From contig NC_042998.1 in NCBI RefSeq assembly GCF_006345805.1, positions 181,722,001-181,786,000 on the forward strand: a stretch of DNA of 64,000 nt, read 5' to 3'. The notes under the pieces are model-generated. The model did no database searches and had not been told where the DNA came from. It worked only from the letters and a program-made list of their open reading frames with translations. A program made the translations under genes and the position numbers. Source of the DNA: Octopus sinensis. Its lineage: Eukaryota. Shown here piece after piece: positions 25,977-38,232 of the stretch; the stretch's first letter is position 1, and each line of letters begins with the position of its first letter.

Positions 25977-26016
<40 letters not shown>

Positions 26017-26292
26017 GATATATATATGTATGTATATGCATATATATATGTGTGTGTGTGTGTGTGTGTATAGAGGTTATGAGAGGTAATGGTGTCAGTA
26101 AGACCCAAAGGTGTCAGGTAATACTGAATAAGTGCTATTGAAAGACTATAGTTAAGCTCCAGGTTCGGTGATTAAGCGAATGAGGAGTCCAACGTAGGTC
26201 ATATATCAGCATGTGTATATATAAAAATTTTCAGAATGAGATAAAAATCCAAAGCAGTGAAAGAATTTAGAACATTTATAAATATGTATATA

Positions 26293-26334
<42 letters not shown>

Positions 26335-26338
<4 letters not shown>

Positions 26339-27180
26339 GGAATTGAAAAATATCATTATAGATCAAACTATAACTCTTAGTAAGGGACAGCCTAAAAGCT
26401 TGAAAAAGTTATTAACAAAGGCAAGGTTTTGACCTTAGTAACATTGATCAACCATTCACTGTGTCTAAAATGCAAGGATAGCCGATGCGGTTCATGCCAA
26501 TCAATTCATACCGGCCCATATATGAACACAAAAACAGGGAAAATATTCACAAACGTAAACATGAACTGCAAAAGCAGAAATTTAATCTACTGCATCAAAT
26601 GCCCAGATTGTGTAGAACTTTATGTTGGCCAGACAGGTAATGCACTATCAGAACACTTGAGTGTGCATCAACAACAAATTAAAACCCCAGAAGTCTGCCA
26701 AATACCACTGAGTAACCATCTAGCAACATGTGGTCGGAAAACTTTTATGATATTCCCATTTCATAAACTTTACAACCAGAATGAAATTGAGAGAGAACTG
26801 AGAGAAAAGGACTTTATTAAGTCATTCAAACCCAACCTGAACAAACAATGATTAACTTAATCTTATTTGGGGTTTAAAAATCTTATCCCTAAAACTAAAA
26901 CACAAAAATACCTCTAAAAAGTACTGCTGTCATCATTTCTAAAAATAGACATTAGAAAATGGTTTGGCATCATCTCTAAAAATAGCCAAACAACTACTAC
27001 TGCTGTCCACAGGAACTTATATAAAGGACAAAAGACAGTCAGTCAATCACAGTTGAAACACTCCTGTCACAACCTGGGACCTTGAAGACTGCTTTAATGC
27101 AAGAAAGTATACTAGTCCCTTAATATTTGATATTCAATAAGACAATCAATACTTCATTTCATTTTACTATATATACTATA
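26335..27180 (+). mobile_element. Penelope-like element 3' fragment, GIY-YIG endonuclease (copy 1)
   Basis: ORF 26429-26851: C-x4-C-x2-C linker (CKDSRCGSC), then NLIYCIKCPDCVELYVGQT...ERELREKDFIKSFKPNLN, typical of the PLE GIY-YIG domain. No RT part is present. Confidence 0.85.
27076..27119 (+). ncRNA. Minimal type I hammerhead-like motif (copy 1)
   Basis: Stem I GGGAC/GTCCC, core CTTGAAGA (one extra T), stem II TGC/GCA, GAAA, palindromic stem III AGTATACT, CTA cleavage triplet. Confidence 0.55.
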
Positions 27181-27277
27181 TATACTATATATTCTTTATT
27201 CTACATTAATATTATAAAGAGTATAAATAAAACATAAAAAACTAAGTTGGAATTCTTTTGAATAATATATATGTATG

Positions 27278-27310
<33 letters not shown>

Positions 27311-27389
27311 GATAGCGAATATTCGTTATAAATATCACCACCAGTGGCCCAGCATGTATAAATAGTCAATAGACAACATATTCAACATA

Positions 27390-27452
<63 letters not shown>

Positions 27453-27721
27453 AGATGTACTTGCATAGCAAGTGATCTGATCTGAGATCGTGTGCTGGAA
27501 CAAAAACAATTGCAGCATGGAAGGTGTTTATAAGCCATTTAAGAAACACACAAAACCATTAGATTCACTTCAACAGTTAAATTTGATTTGCCAAAATATT
27601 TTCGTCGCTTTCAGGCCGCGACCTGTATGTATATATATGTATTTATATATATATATGTATATATACACATGCATATATATATACATATATGTATGTATAT
27701 ATATATGTGTGTGTGTGTGTG

Positions 27722-28567
27722 TATAGGAATTGAAAAATATCATTATAGATCAAACTATAACTCTTAGTAAGGGACAGCCTAAAAGCTTGAAAAAGTTATT
27801 AACAAAGGCAAGGTTTTGACCTTAGTAACATTGATCAACCATTCACTGTGTCTAAAATGCAAGGATAGCCGATGCGGTTCATGCCAATCAATTCATACCG
27901 GCCCATATATGAACACAAAAACAGGGAAAATATTCACAAACGTAAACATGAACTGCAAAAGCAGAAATTTAATCTACTGCATCAAATGCCCAGATTGTGT
28001 AGAACTTTATGTTGGCCAGACAGGTAATGCACTATCAGAACACTTGAGTGTGCATCAACAACAAATTAAAACCCCAGAAGTCTGCCAAATACCACTGAGT
28101 AACCATCTAGCAACATGTGGTCGGAAAACTTTTATGATATTCCCATTTCATAAACTTTACAACCAGAATGAAATTGAGAGAGAACTGAGAGAAAAGGACT
28201 TTATTAAGTCATTCAAACCCAACCTGAACAAACAATGATTAACTTAATCTTATTTGGGGTTTAAAAATCTTATCCCTAAAACTAAAACACAAAAATACCT
28301 CTAAAAAGTACTGCTGTCATCATTTCTAAAAATAGACATTAGAAAATGGTTTGGCATCATCTCTAAAAATAGCCAAACAACTACTACTGCTGTCCACAGG
28401 AACTTATATAAAGGACAAAAGACAGTCAGTCAATCACAGTTGAAACACTCCTGTCACAACCTGGGACCTTGAAGACTGCTTTAATGCAAGAAAGTATACT
28501 AGTCCCTTAATATTTGATATTCAATAAGACAATCAATACTTCATTTCATTTTACTATATATACTATA
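27722..28567 (+). mobile_element. Penelope-like element 3' fragment, GIY-YIG endonuclease (copy 2)
   Basis: ORF 27816-28238 is identical in translation to copy 1. Confidence 0.85.
28463..28506 (+). ncRNA. Minimal type I hammerhead-like motif (copy 2)
   Basis: Identical to 27076-27119. Confidence 0.55.
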
Positions 28568-28664
28568 TATACTATATATTCTTTATTCTACATTAATATT
28601 ATAAAGAGTATAAATAAAACATAAAAAACTAAGTTGGAATTCTTTTGAATAATATATATGTATG

Positions 28665-28697
<33 letters not shown>

Positions 28698-28776
28698 GAT
28701 AGCGAATATTCGTTATAAATATCACCACCAGTGGCCCAGCATGTATAAATAGTCAATAGACAACATATTCAACATA

Positions 28777-28839
<63 letters not shown>

Positions 28840-29199
28840 AGATGTACTTGCATAGCAAGTGATCTGATCTGAGATCGTGTGCTGGAACAAAAACAATTGC
28901 AGCATGGAAGGTGTTTATAAGCCATTTAAGAAACACACAAAACCATTAGATTCACTTCAACAGTTAAATTTGATTTGCCAAAATATTTTCGTCGCTTTCA
29001 GGCCGCGACCTGTATGTATATATATGTATTTATATATATATATGTATATATACACATGCATATATATATACATATATGTATGTATATATATATGTGTGTG
29101 TGTGTGTGTGTTTCTATATGTATGTAGATATATATATGTATGTATATATATAGTTATCAAAAAAGGGGGTCGAAATATATATATATAGATATATTCAAT

Positions 29200-29400
29200 A
29201 TGTGACCGCGTGCGTATCGTCGGCGATTTTTTTCCCTCTGTCTTCCCTTCCTTGGGTCTTTCCTTATCCTATGTTTCTGACGAAGAGCTCTGCTCGAAAC
29301 GGTAAATCCTCCTTCTTTCTTTCCTTTCCTGAGCATCCAATAACACTATATTTGTTCCATGGCCTCGCGTTGTTGTGTTTTCATGTTTGGATTAACTATA
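29200..29400 (+). mobile_element. Short CpG-containing repeat with a hammerhead-like motif (probable Penelope pLTR remnant)
   Basis: GTTT-CTGACGA-A-GAGC-TCT-GCTC-GAAAC-GGTAAAT at 29273-29307. A related truncated motif CGAAGAGCGTAGGCTCGAAA occurs near 44131. Confidence 0.55.
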
Positions 29401-29469
29401 TATATATGTATATATATATATATACACACATATCTAGATATATATATATACATATATAAATATATATAA

Positions 29470-29794
29470 GCGCAGGAGTGGCTGTGTGGTAAATAGCTTG
29501 CTTATCAACCATATGGTTCCAGTTTCATTCCCACTGTGTGGCACGGCACCTTGGCCAAGTGTCTTCTACTAGAGCCTCGGGCTGACCAAAGCCTTGTACG
29601 GGGATTTGGTAGACAGAAACTAAAAGAAGTGTGTCCTATGTATATATATATGTGGGGGGGGGGGGGAGTGTCTATGTATTTATGTGTGTTTATGCATATA
29701 TATGTGTGTGTGTGTATATATATATATATAATATATATATATGTATAAGTATATATATGTATGTATGTATATATATATGTATGTATATATATAT

Positions 29795-29847
<53 letters not shown>

Positions 29848-30063
29848 TGTCTATATGATTGTGTCTGTGTTTCTCCCCACAACATCCCTTGACAACCAAT
29901 GCTTGTTTGCTTACATCCCCATAACTTAGTGGTTCAGCAAAACACCAATAAAATAAGTACTACGCTTACAAAGAATAAATCCTGGGGTAGATTTGCTTGA
30001 CTGAAGGCAGTGCTGCAGCATGGCCACAGTCAAATGATTGAAACAAGTAAAAGAATAAAAGAA
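29470..30063 (+). mobile_element. tRNA-headed SINE, family 1, with expanded central microsatellite
   Basis: GCGCAGGAGTGGCTGTGTGG head, TTTGGTAGACAGAAAC core, GCAGCATGGCCACAGTCAAATGATTGAAACAAGTAAAAG tail. Confidence 0.85.
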
Positions 30064-30712
30064 TATATGCAATTCTTAGCATTAAAAGACTCAGTTTTAA
30101 AAGTTTCGGTTTCATAAAATGTCCATGGCACTTTCTACTCATATATACTTTCTCTTTCACTCACTCTCTCTCTCACTCACTCACTCACTCTCTCACTAAC
30201 TCTCCCTCTCTCATACGTGCACGCACACACACACATGCTGAGTTATTTTAAGTTTTCTGTGAATTTCATGACAAATAATGGTTTTCGGGTTACTTAACCA
30301 AACTTTCCCATTTTATAAGCTTCAAGTTCAGTTTGACATACTCCACTTCTTCAATCTGATACATCATTTACCACTGCTTTTTTTTTTATATCTATTTCAT
30401 ATAGTTATTTTAATATATACTAGTGCTGGCATGCAACCTCAAAGATAGTACATTGGTATACATATTCCTTTTTATTTTGACGTCTGTTTTTCCATGCTAG
30501 CATGGGGCATTCTCTTACAGCTGGATGCCACACTTCATGTTGCTAACCTTTACCTGTTTTTGATGTAAGGGAGCTCTTATTACACACGTCTTTGAAATCC
30601 AGAGCTAGCTAATGATTTTTTGATGGGGGAATGACAGCAAACGTCACCATTTGTAGCTCAGTAGTTTTCATGCACACAGAATATGAACATTCATACATAT
30701 ACATAAATGCAA

Positions 30713-30930
30713 GGTGGCGAGCTGGCAGACTCGTTAGCACGCCGGGCGAAATGCTTAGCCGTATTTCATCTGCTGTTACGTTCTGAGTTCAAATTCCGCC
30801 GAGGTCAACTTTGCCTTTCATCCTTTCGGGGTCGATAAATTAAGTACCAGTTACGCCCTGGGGTCGATGTAATCGACATAATCCGTTTGTCCCCTCTGTG
30901 TTTAGCCCCTTGTGGGCAGTAGTGAAATAC
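30713..30930 (+). mobile_element. tRNA-headed SINE, family 2, well preserved
   Basis: GGCGAGCTGGCAG A-box-like start, GAGTTCAAATTCC B-box-like, core TTTGCCTTTCATCCTTTCGGGGTCGATAAATTAAGTACCAG. CpGs retained. Confidence 0.85.
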
Positions 30931-30983
30931 ATACATATATATAAAGAAGTACTTTAAAAGAAACTGTGAAAACTGTATATTAA

Positions 30984-31190
30984 CCCTTTTGTTACCATAT
31001 TTTTACTGAAATATACTCTGTGTCAATTAATTTTGAAAATAATGAATTTAGTAAAGTAACACTGTCATTATAAAGCTGGTGTTCAGAACATGAATTTACA
31101 TGAAATTTTTATGGAAGCTTTTAATTTAGAATCAGTTTAAAGCAAAAAGTTACTGTCATAGAACCAAGGGCAGTCTCAGGCATTAGAAAA
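30984..31190. mobile_element. Probable TTAA-type MITE lacking a clear right end
   Basis: TTAA|CCCTTTTGTTACC left end; no matching right TIR seen. Confidence 0.45.
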
Positions 31191-31209
31191 ATGTAAGTAA
31201 ACAGTTAAC

Positions 31210-31580
31210 CCAACGCCGTTGTCGTCATTCCTCTTCTGCTGTTGCTGTTGGAATCCGTTACGTGTCGGCCGCACGATTCAGGGCGGGCGAGGCACGGCCA
31301 TCACAGCACTTCGCAACGATGACAGTCTGGCATTGTGGGAGACGGAGGATCGAGCGGCACGCGCGCTAATCGGGCCGGAAGAAGCAGAAGGAGCGAGAAC
31401 GAGGGCGTTCCCGTTCCTTCCACCGCCTCCCCGGCGAGCGCCCTTTCCTGCGACTCCCAGCTCCCTACCGCAGCCAACAGCCGCGGCAGACAGCGTTTTT
31501 GTGTTGTGACTGCCTCTCGACCGGACAGGTCCGCGGGACGATGGGATCCCAGGCCCACAATGTGTGTTCTGGATATGACA
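31210..31580. other. Isolated GC- and CpG-rich island of unknown origin
   Basis: About 370 bp, visibly over 60% GC with dozens of CpG in AT-rich surroundings. Contains GGGCGG, CCGGAAG and TTACGTG. No recognisable ORF. Confidence 0.6.
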
Positions 31581-31780
31581 AAATAGAATAATAGATAAAG
31601 AATTATACCTATTGAAAAATAAGTCAGAAATGTCTTATGTTGTGATATATTTAGAGAAATAAAATTACATAAAAATAAATTTTATTTAAGAGATGAGGAA
31701 TTATGTACATTATTTACATTTGATGGATATTTGTCCTCATCTTGTTTGGTGTTAACACAATGTTTCAGCTGATATACCCT

Positions 31781-31898
31781 CCAATAAAAACACACGCACT
31801 ATATATTTGGTGTTACTTTTATTATTAAGATTAATGCAAAAAATGAATAACGCTGAAGCAAAGTAACACCAAATATATAGTGCATGTGTTTTTATTGG
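31781..31898. repeat. 39-bp inverted repeat with 40-bp spacer (fold-back or MITE-like)
   Basis: CCAATAAAAACACACGCACTATATATTTGGTGTTACTTT against its reverse complement at 31860-31898, one mismatch. Confidence 0.9.
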
Positions 31899-33632
31899 CT
31901 AAACTGGCAAAATGACCATTCCTAAATACAACAATATCTGTTTCAACACGCGACTTCACATCAAAAATCTTGCAAAACAAATATATATATCATCATCATC
32001 ATCATCATCATATATATTAATTAATAATAAAATATTAGGGAATAAATCCAAACTGTAACCATAACTCGAATTATTAAGAATTGGACAGCCATGAAACGAT
32101 CGTAGTGTTTTACTCATTATCTTTTATTAAATTTTTAATAATATTGATATATATTTAAAATAATATAAATTAATTAATTTTATGTATTGGCTTAAGTTTT
32201 TCATTGTTTGATTTGCCTAATAGTGGTTTTATCTCTAATTTAATATAATATATATATATATATGTCTGCGTGTGTGTGTGTGCATGTGTATACATATATT
32301 CACACACTCATACATAATATATATTGTTAAATGGAGGAATTTTCACCTCCCCTTACCATATTTTATTGTAGAATAAAAGGTCTACTTGATCAAGTTTTTT
32401 TCCTTTCTGCTAATCTATGATAGGTATTTCATTGTCTTAAAGAAATTAACTGACATCCAAATTCATAAAACTTATATGATTGCAAATTACATGCCTGATA
32501 ATTAGAGCAAAAATTCTGTGTAGTTCTTGTAAACTCAGTTAATGGATAAAACATTTGAGTTTGGAGGTGGGGCTCCGGCTGTTACTATAGCTTTGTTGAC
32601 TGAAGCAAATTGAGAAACACAGAAACGCTGTTGTGTATGTGCACAAACCTGTCATGTAGTTGCAGTCTAAAGTGAAACCTAATCTAAAATGAAAATCAAA
32701 ACATCAGCTGTCTTTGCTCACACGGATGAGTGGGTGTATATGTATGTTTATGCATGTGTGTGTATGTGTGTGTGTATATGTTTAGTGAATATGTGTGTTA
32801 TAATTTATACTTGTTCCATATAAATGTCTCATCCTTTTGTAAGTTTTATTCCTAATGAGTGCTACTTCTTCTAAGATCAAATGTAACATCTACTTTCTAA
32901 GAAAATTATTCGAGATGGTATCACTTTCATTTTCAACAGGACATATAGTTTCTCTTTAGTTTTCTCATGAAGATAAAATCTGTGTCCAAAATATAAATTT
33001 AAGGAAACTGAGATTGTTGTTTCTCTTTCTACTACTATAACTAATAACTGTTGGATAAATTGCTAAAGCAAATGCCACTTAACACAAGTATTACACAACA
33101 TGAAACAAAAAGACAGTCTGTTCATCTTTGGGAAACTTGTAAATATAATGTTTTTATAAATCTGGTGTTGCATTGTTTTTGCTGTAAAATTCTCACTGTT
33201 TTTTTTTTATTTTTGCATTTTAATGTATTGTTTTTTGTATATCTTTTTACTTAGTTTCTTTTGTTATATGTTTCAGTGATAGATGCTGAAAAAAATATTT
33301 TCAAATTGTTATTCATATTTTGTTGTCTTGTATAAACTAACAATGAAATATATTTTTATTTCCCTACCCAGTTCAGTAATTCACTACATCATGTATTAAA
33401 TGACAGTGGTTCTTAAAATTCAGATAGAGGCATAACTATCAGAGTTAATGGTTCCTTCTCTTCATTGGGAAGTTTTCAGATTTGAGGTCAGATCTCAGAT
33501 TTCATGGCTTCATAAAAAACTGATTGTATTGGCTCTGAGCTGTACAATGAACCATCCAATCCATGCAAACATGAAAAACATACGATAAAAGGAAGTTAAT
33601 AATTGATTGTTTGGGACAGTTAGAGTAATATA

Positions 33633-33773
33633 TAAGGTTGTCCCAAAAGTTCGTAGAAAGCCTTGGAAAATAATGGTCTTTATTTTGAGGAATAATTTTT
33701 GTTGTTTTTGTTAGTACTTGGCAAGTAAAAATTCAATTTTCGCAAGTGTTTACGAACTTTTGGGACAACCTAA
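33633..33773. mobile_element. 141-bp mariner-type MITE with TA target duplication
   Basis: TA|TAAGGTTGTCCCAAAAGTTCGTA...TACGAACTTTTGGGACAACCTAA|TA. Confidence 0.85.
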
Positions 33774-34348
33774 TATATTCTCTAAAGTAGTAGACTATCA
33801 GCTATGTTGTTTGAAACCTTTACTTTCAGACTTCTAATGCACATGGTCATTGCTATTCAGTCTAGATTTTGTTTTGATATATTCTTGCTGTTGCTATTGT
33901 TATTTCTTCATTTCACAAAGTAGTAGTTAAATAGATTATTTGGTGCTTTATAATCAAAGGTATCTATCAATAGGTAACCAGCCCAATTAACTTTTAGATG
34001 GGACTAATAGAACTGAACTCCTTTTATAGCCTTACCTGTAGAGGTCTATGAAGTACTCATCAGTTTTATAGTAATGCTATTGCATATTACATTGAGAAAG
34101 ATATCAGGAAATAAAAATTTTGTGGTATCTGCTTACAAAATAAACTGAGATTTCTAAAGTTTAATGCTGTAACTATGGATACAGTATGGTGGGTACAACA
34201 CCATTGGCCTCTAGAATGGTTGTTCCTTTCTGATACATTAAAATAAGTTAAAATTATTATTCTTGTTGTTATAATAGATTAAATGGAATCAATTTCTCTT
34301 TTGTTTATCAATATTTCTAATTATAATTCCCTCTTGTTTTTATTACAG

Positions 34349-35651
34349 CCAACCAACATTGACATGGACTTGTATGGAAATACTCCTCATAGCTCTGACC
34401 ACATGCTACCTTCTGATATCTATTGTATGGTACCATCTCCTACTACTTTCAGTCCAAACTCTCCACACATGTATGAACAGGAAAAAGACGACCTGTCTCT
34501 ACTCCCTCAACTTGAAATTCAAAATTTACCGACAAGTGGAAACCAAACTCAGAATTCAGTCAACATGGAAGAATTTGATCTGAAGCCACATTTTGAAAAC
34601 AATGCTGATAGCTTCATTGTGAAACCCAGATTCGAAGTTGCACCAAATTCCCCTGCTTCACAATTTACAACAGATACCATATGGAATGATAGCAAAGACT
34701 TCCATGAATTCTTGCAAATGGAAAAGACTGACTCTGGGCCAACTTTGGCAGAACTGAATTTTGGTGACTACAACATTGATGATTTTACATGTGATGAAAT
34801 CTCTTATGTTACCAGTAATAATGAAATTGTCCCTAGTAATGGCACTGCTAATGTTGGTACTGCTAACAACAGTAATGCCACTACCACTAATACTGGTACT
34901 AATATCACTTCTACTGTCCACTCAAGGATGAAGAATTTGCAGTCTGATTTCTTAGCTACCCCCATATCAAAGAATAACCGTTCCGAACTGCAAACGTCCA
35001 CTACACTTCAACAAAACTGGGATGAAAATCCTGCACCTCCTACTCTTGGAGGAATGAGAGTTCAGGCGTCTTTTAATGCTTCTTCCACAAAATCTTCTCA
35101 GATATTCAAACCACTCAAACAAAACCACATGGCACCATCATGTACCATTACCTGTGATACAGATAGCAATAAGAGCAAAGCAGCTCTCAAATTGTTTGAT
35201 GGCAATGGCTCTGTACCAAACAAGTTTTTAAAATATGAGGACTTTTCTACCGGAGATTGCAGTCATAAGCCAGTGGACAGTGACATAGATGTCTCTTCTT
35301 CAAATGTTCATTTACAACAGTTACTTTGCAGCAACCAACCATCACTGCAACCTGAATCTGAAATGTCAATGCAAGCCCACAAATCCCAGCCAATCACTTC
35401 ACATTTTCCACCGTCAGTTCAGACACAGCCCCAACAGATGGCTCCATTGTCATGTCAGACAGTACCACAGGCCCCCCTGAAAACCCAGCAGAGTAGTGTG
35501 ACACCAGTTGAGACAGTCTCGAGCTGTGATATGACAATCTCTCGAAATGACACAACTTCTCACTCAGAAACCATGGATGAGAAATGGGAACAGATTAAAA
35601 AGCTTTTACACAAAGAAGATTCCCCTAAAAGTATAAAGAGGGAACGCATAA
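34349..35651 (+). CDS. CREBRF: CREBRF/REPTOR homolog, large N-terminal exon (1303 nt, phase 0 to 1)
   Basis: Acceptor TTGTTTTTATTACAG|CCA and donor ATAA|GTAAGT. Open S/T/N/Q-rich frame with the PTLAELN motif like the family's PTLAQLN. Possible internal start ATG at 34364. Confidence 0.9.
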
Positions 35652-36554
35652 GTAAGTCACTATTTAATATGGTGTACAATAACTTATCTTTTCAAATATA
35701 TTTTCTGATCATTTTCATATACTCTCCTATTTCTTATTTCATTATTTATATTAACTCTTGAAAAAAATTCCTGAACTATTTCATTCCAGATGTTTCATGG
35801 TTTACTTCTATTCAGGCTACCAATCAGTCATTAAGTTATCACAATTCTTTATCTTTTTATTGTTCATCCTTGTCAGCCTCTTATGCCTCCTTTGTCTTTT
35901 GTTTATTGTAAGCATCATCAAAGATTTTTAATCTCAAAATGATTTCTCTTCTGCTTTGGGTGAGACTCTTCTTCAATATTTTAATATGTATGTTAGTGTA
36001 AGTGTACACATATGAATGTGTGTATATGTCTGCAAAGTACATTCCATATAAAGGCTAAGCATTACAGTCTTGGATGCTTTTATATATAAGGGATATATTA
36101 TCTCCACCTCAACCTATTCATTCCCATGTGCCTTAGCTAAGCGCTCCCTCTGAGTGAGAATTATCTTTTAAACCCAGTATAAAATACCTTGTTCAGTGGT
36201 ATCTCCTTAGAACTTCATTACTCTGGAAATTCTTTTCCCCCAAATGCAATGGTTACAATTCTGATAAGGCTGTAACCTCTGTAACTAATTCTTCTTCTTA
36301 AAAACAATATATACATAAAGATTTCTGTTTGACAGTTTAAAGTCTCCACCTGAGTACATATCTTGTATCTGGGCAAATAAATTATTCTGTTAATGAAGAA
36401 AGAGGATTATAATATTAACATGAAAAATTGAAATCTTCGAAAGATAAACTTAACTGATGTAATGAACTATGAAGTAATTTATTTTAAAAATAAAGGAAGT
36501 AAAAATAGAAAATAAAGAGTAGGAAAAGAATAAAGTTCAAGAAAGCTGATTTAA

Positions 36555-36770
36555 GCTTTAAGCTTTCAGATTATCTGTCAAAGATAATGCATATTTGTTT
36601 ACGTTGTTTTGAACTAATCATGCATTATCTTGTAGTTTCAAGATTTCAATATGATTGTTTATTTTTAGAATGACATTGTAGGGTAGGTGTGATAGGCCAG
36701 ATTTGGCTGTTTTGAACACGAAACAGGTAGAATATTTTGGTCAGATGTGGCCAGTTTTAATGTTAAAGTG
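36555..36770. mobile_element. TTAA-flanked MITE (family of 39588-39808)
   Basis: TTAA at both ends; interior homologous to 5229 and 39588. Confidence 0.7.
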
Positions 36771-37410
36771 TTAAATAATTTGGGTATTTTTTAGTTTGCT
36801 TCAACTTTTCTCTATGTTGGCTTGTTTATTGATAACAGCTGAGCAAAAAATCCAAAGTGCAATGATTGCTAGACTGAAAGGATTCATACAATTCTATATA
36901 TTACTATAGATAGGTTGAAACTTTAGATGATCTTTCAAGTAACTACATCCAAGAGGTGAGCGCCTTTGTGAGGTATATTTGTAAAATGCACACATGTATC
37001 AAGTTGTATTGCTTTTTGTTTTTTTCCAGTTGTCCTAACTCCACAGTTTCTCCGGTAGTTTTATTGGGATAATTTTGTATCATTATTTTAAAAATATAAA
37101 GCAATCAATTTTCATTAAACCTGTTAAGCAGCTTCTTGATTTCTGTGATACGAACACCACACTTAAGTTCTATACTTCAGGCATGTACTTATCAAGAGGG
37201 CTGATCTCTATTTGTTTAAGACTAGCTAAGTTATATTGGAATAATATTTGAAATTCTTTCCCATTAAATGTCTCATCTGGTTTGTTACTTTTAATAAACC
37301 TTTCAGCTGCATTTGGAATAATATATGGTACACCAATATATAGTCTGTAATAAATATCTTGCTACTTGTTCTCTCTCTCTCTCACTAAATATATATATAT
37401 GTATATATAC

Positions 37411-37616
37411 GTTGCCAGCCTTGCCTGGCACCTGTGCCAGTGACACGTAAAAAGCACCCACTACACTCACGGAGTGGTTGGCGTTAGGAAGGGCATCCAG
37501 CTGTAGAAACACTGCCAGATTAGACTGGAGCCTGGTGCAGCCTCCTGGCTTCCCAGACCCCGGTCGAACCATCCAACCCATGCTAGTATGGAAAACAGAC
37601 ATTAAACAATGATGAT
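37411..37616 (+). mobile_element. RTE-tailed repeat
   Basis: GTAAAAAGCACCCACTACACTC...GTTAGGAAGGGCATCCAGCTGTAG...GGAAAACAGACATTAAACAATGATGAT. Confidence 0.85.
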
Positions 37617-38066
37617 ATATATATATAACACTAGGTGTCAAAGATATGTAATTTACAAAATAATGCTTATTGGCCTGCATTGACTTGCTTTCAATCTTTG
37701 TGTGTGACACAATGTTTTGTTTTGTTTTGTTTTTATGCATTGAATACTAGTATGGGTCAAAGAGATTAAATCACAAATATAAGTCAAATTTCATAACATT
37801 ACCTTGCACAACTATACTAATTAAATAAGAAATGATTTTGAAGGCAGGAAAGTTAGAGTATTTGATGCCATATACAGCAGTGAAGATATACTACAACAAA
37901 TACATAGGAGAGCCTTAAGCCATTAACTTAATTCCTTTAACCACTTAAGATTTTTCCAGCTGTCATTGGATAGTATTGTGTAAGCGGAGAATAATCTTTT
38001 CAAAATGGTTACAGCTGTTACAAATGACTCATGCACATTAGTATGACAATATTAAATTTTCAATTT

Positions 38067-38232
38067 CATCATCATCATTTAATGTCTGTTTTCCATGCTG
38101 GCATGGTTTGACAGTTTAACTGAGGACTGGCAAGCTACTAGGCTGCACCAGGCTCCAATTTGATCTGGCAAGGTTTCTACAGCTGGATGCCCTTCCTAAC
38201 ACCAACCACTCTGGGGTGTAGTGGGTGCTTTT
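38067..38232 (-). mobile_element. RTE-tailed repeat, inverted relative to 37411-37616
   Basis: (CAT)n-TTAATGTCTGTTTTCCATGCTGG...TTTCTACAGCTGGATGCCCTTCCTAACACCAACCAC. Confidence 0.85.

Larger units (their letters stand above)
26320..29108. repeat. Direct tandem duplication with a 1387-bp unit
   Basis: Every landmark checked recurs at +1387 (ORFs 26429/27816, 27335/28722, 27490/28877; ends of two (TA)n tracts). The units are delimited by (GT)n tracts. Confidence 0.95.

Noticed and set aside
34283-34348. ATG at 34283 as the CREBRF start
   Set aside because: It lies in AT-rich sequence upstream of a strong polypyrimidine-CAG acceptor, so it is most likely intronic read-in.
35652-35761. Hydrophobic tail (LSFQIYFLIIFIYSPISYFIIYI) suggesting a membrane-anchored isoform
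   Set aside because: Read-through past a consensus GTAAGT donor into T-rich intron naturally gives F/I/L/Y. It would need intron-retention or intronic poly(A) evidence.
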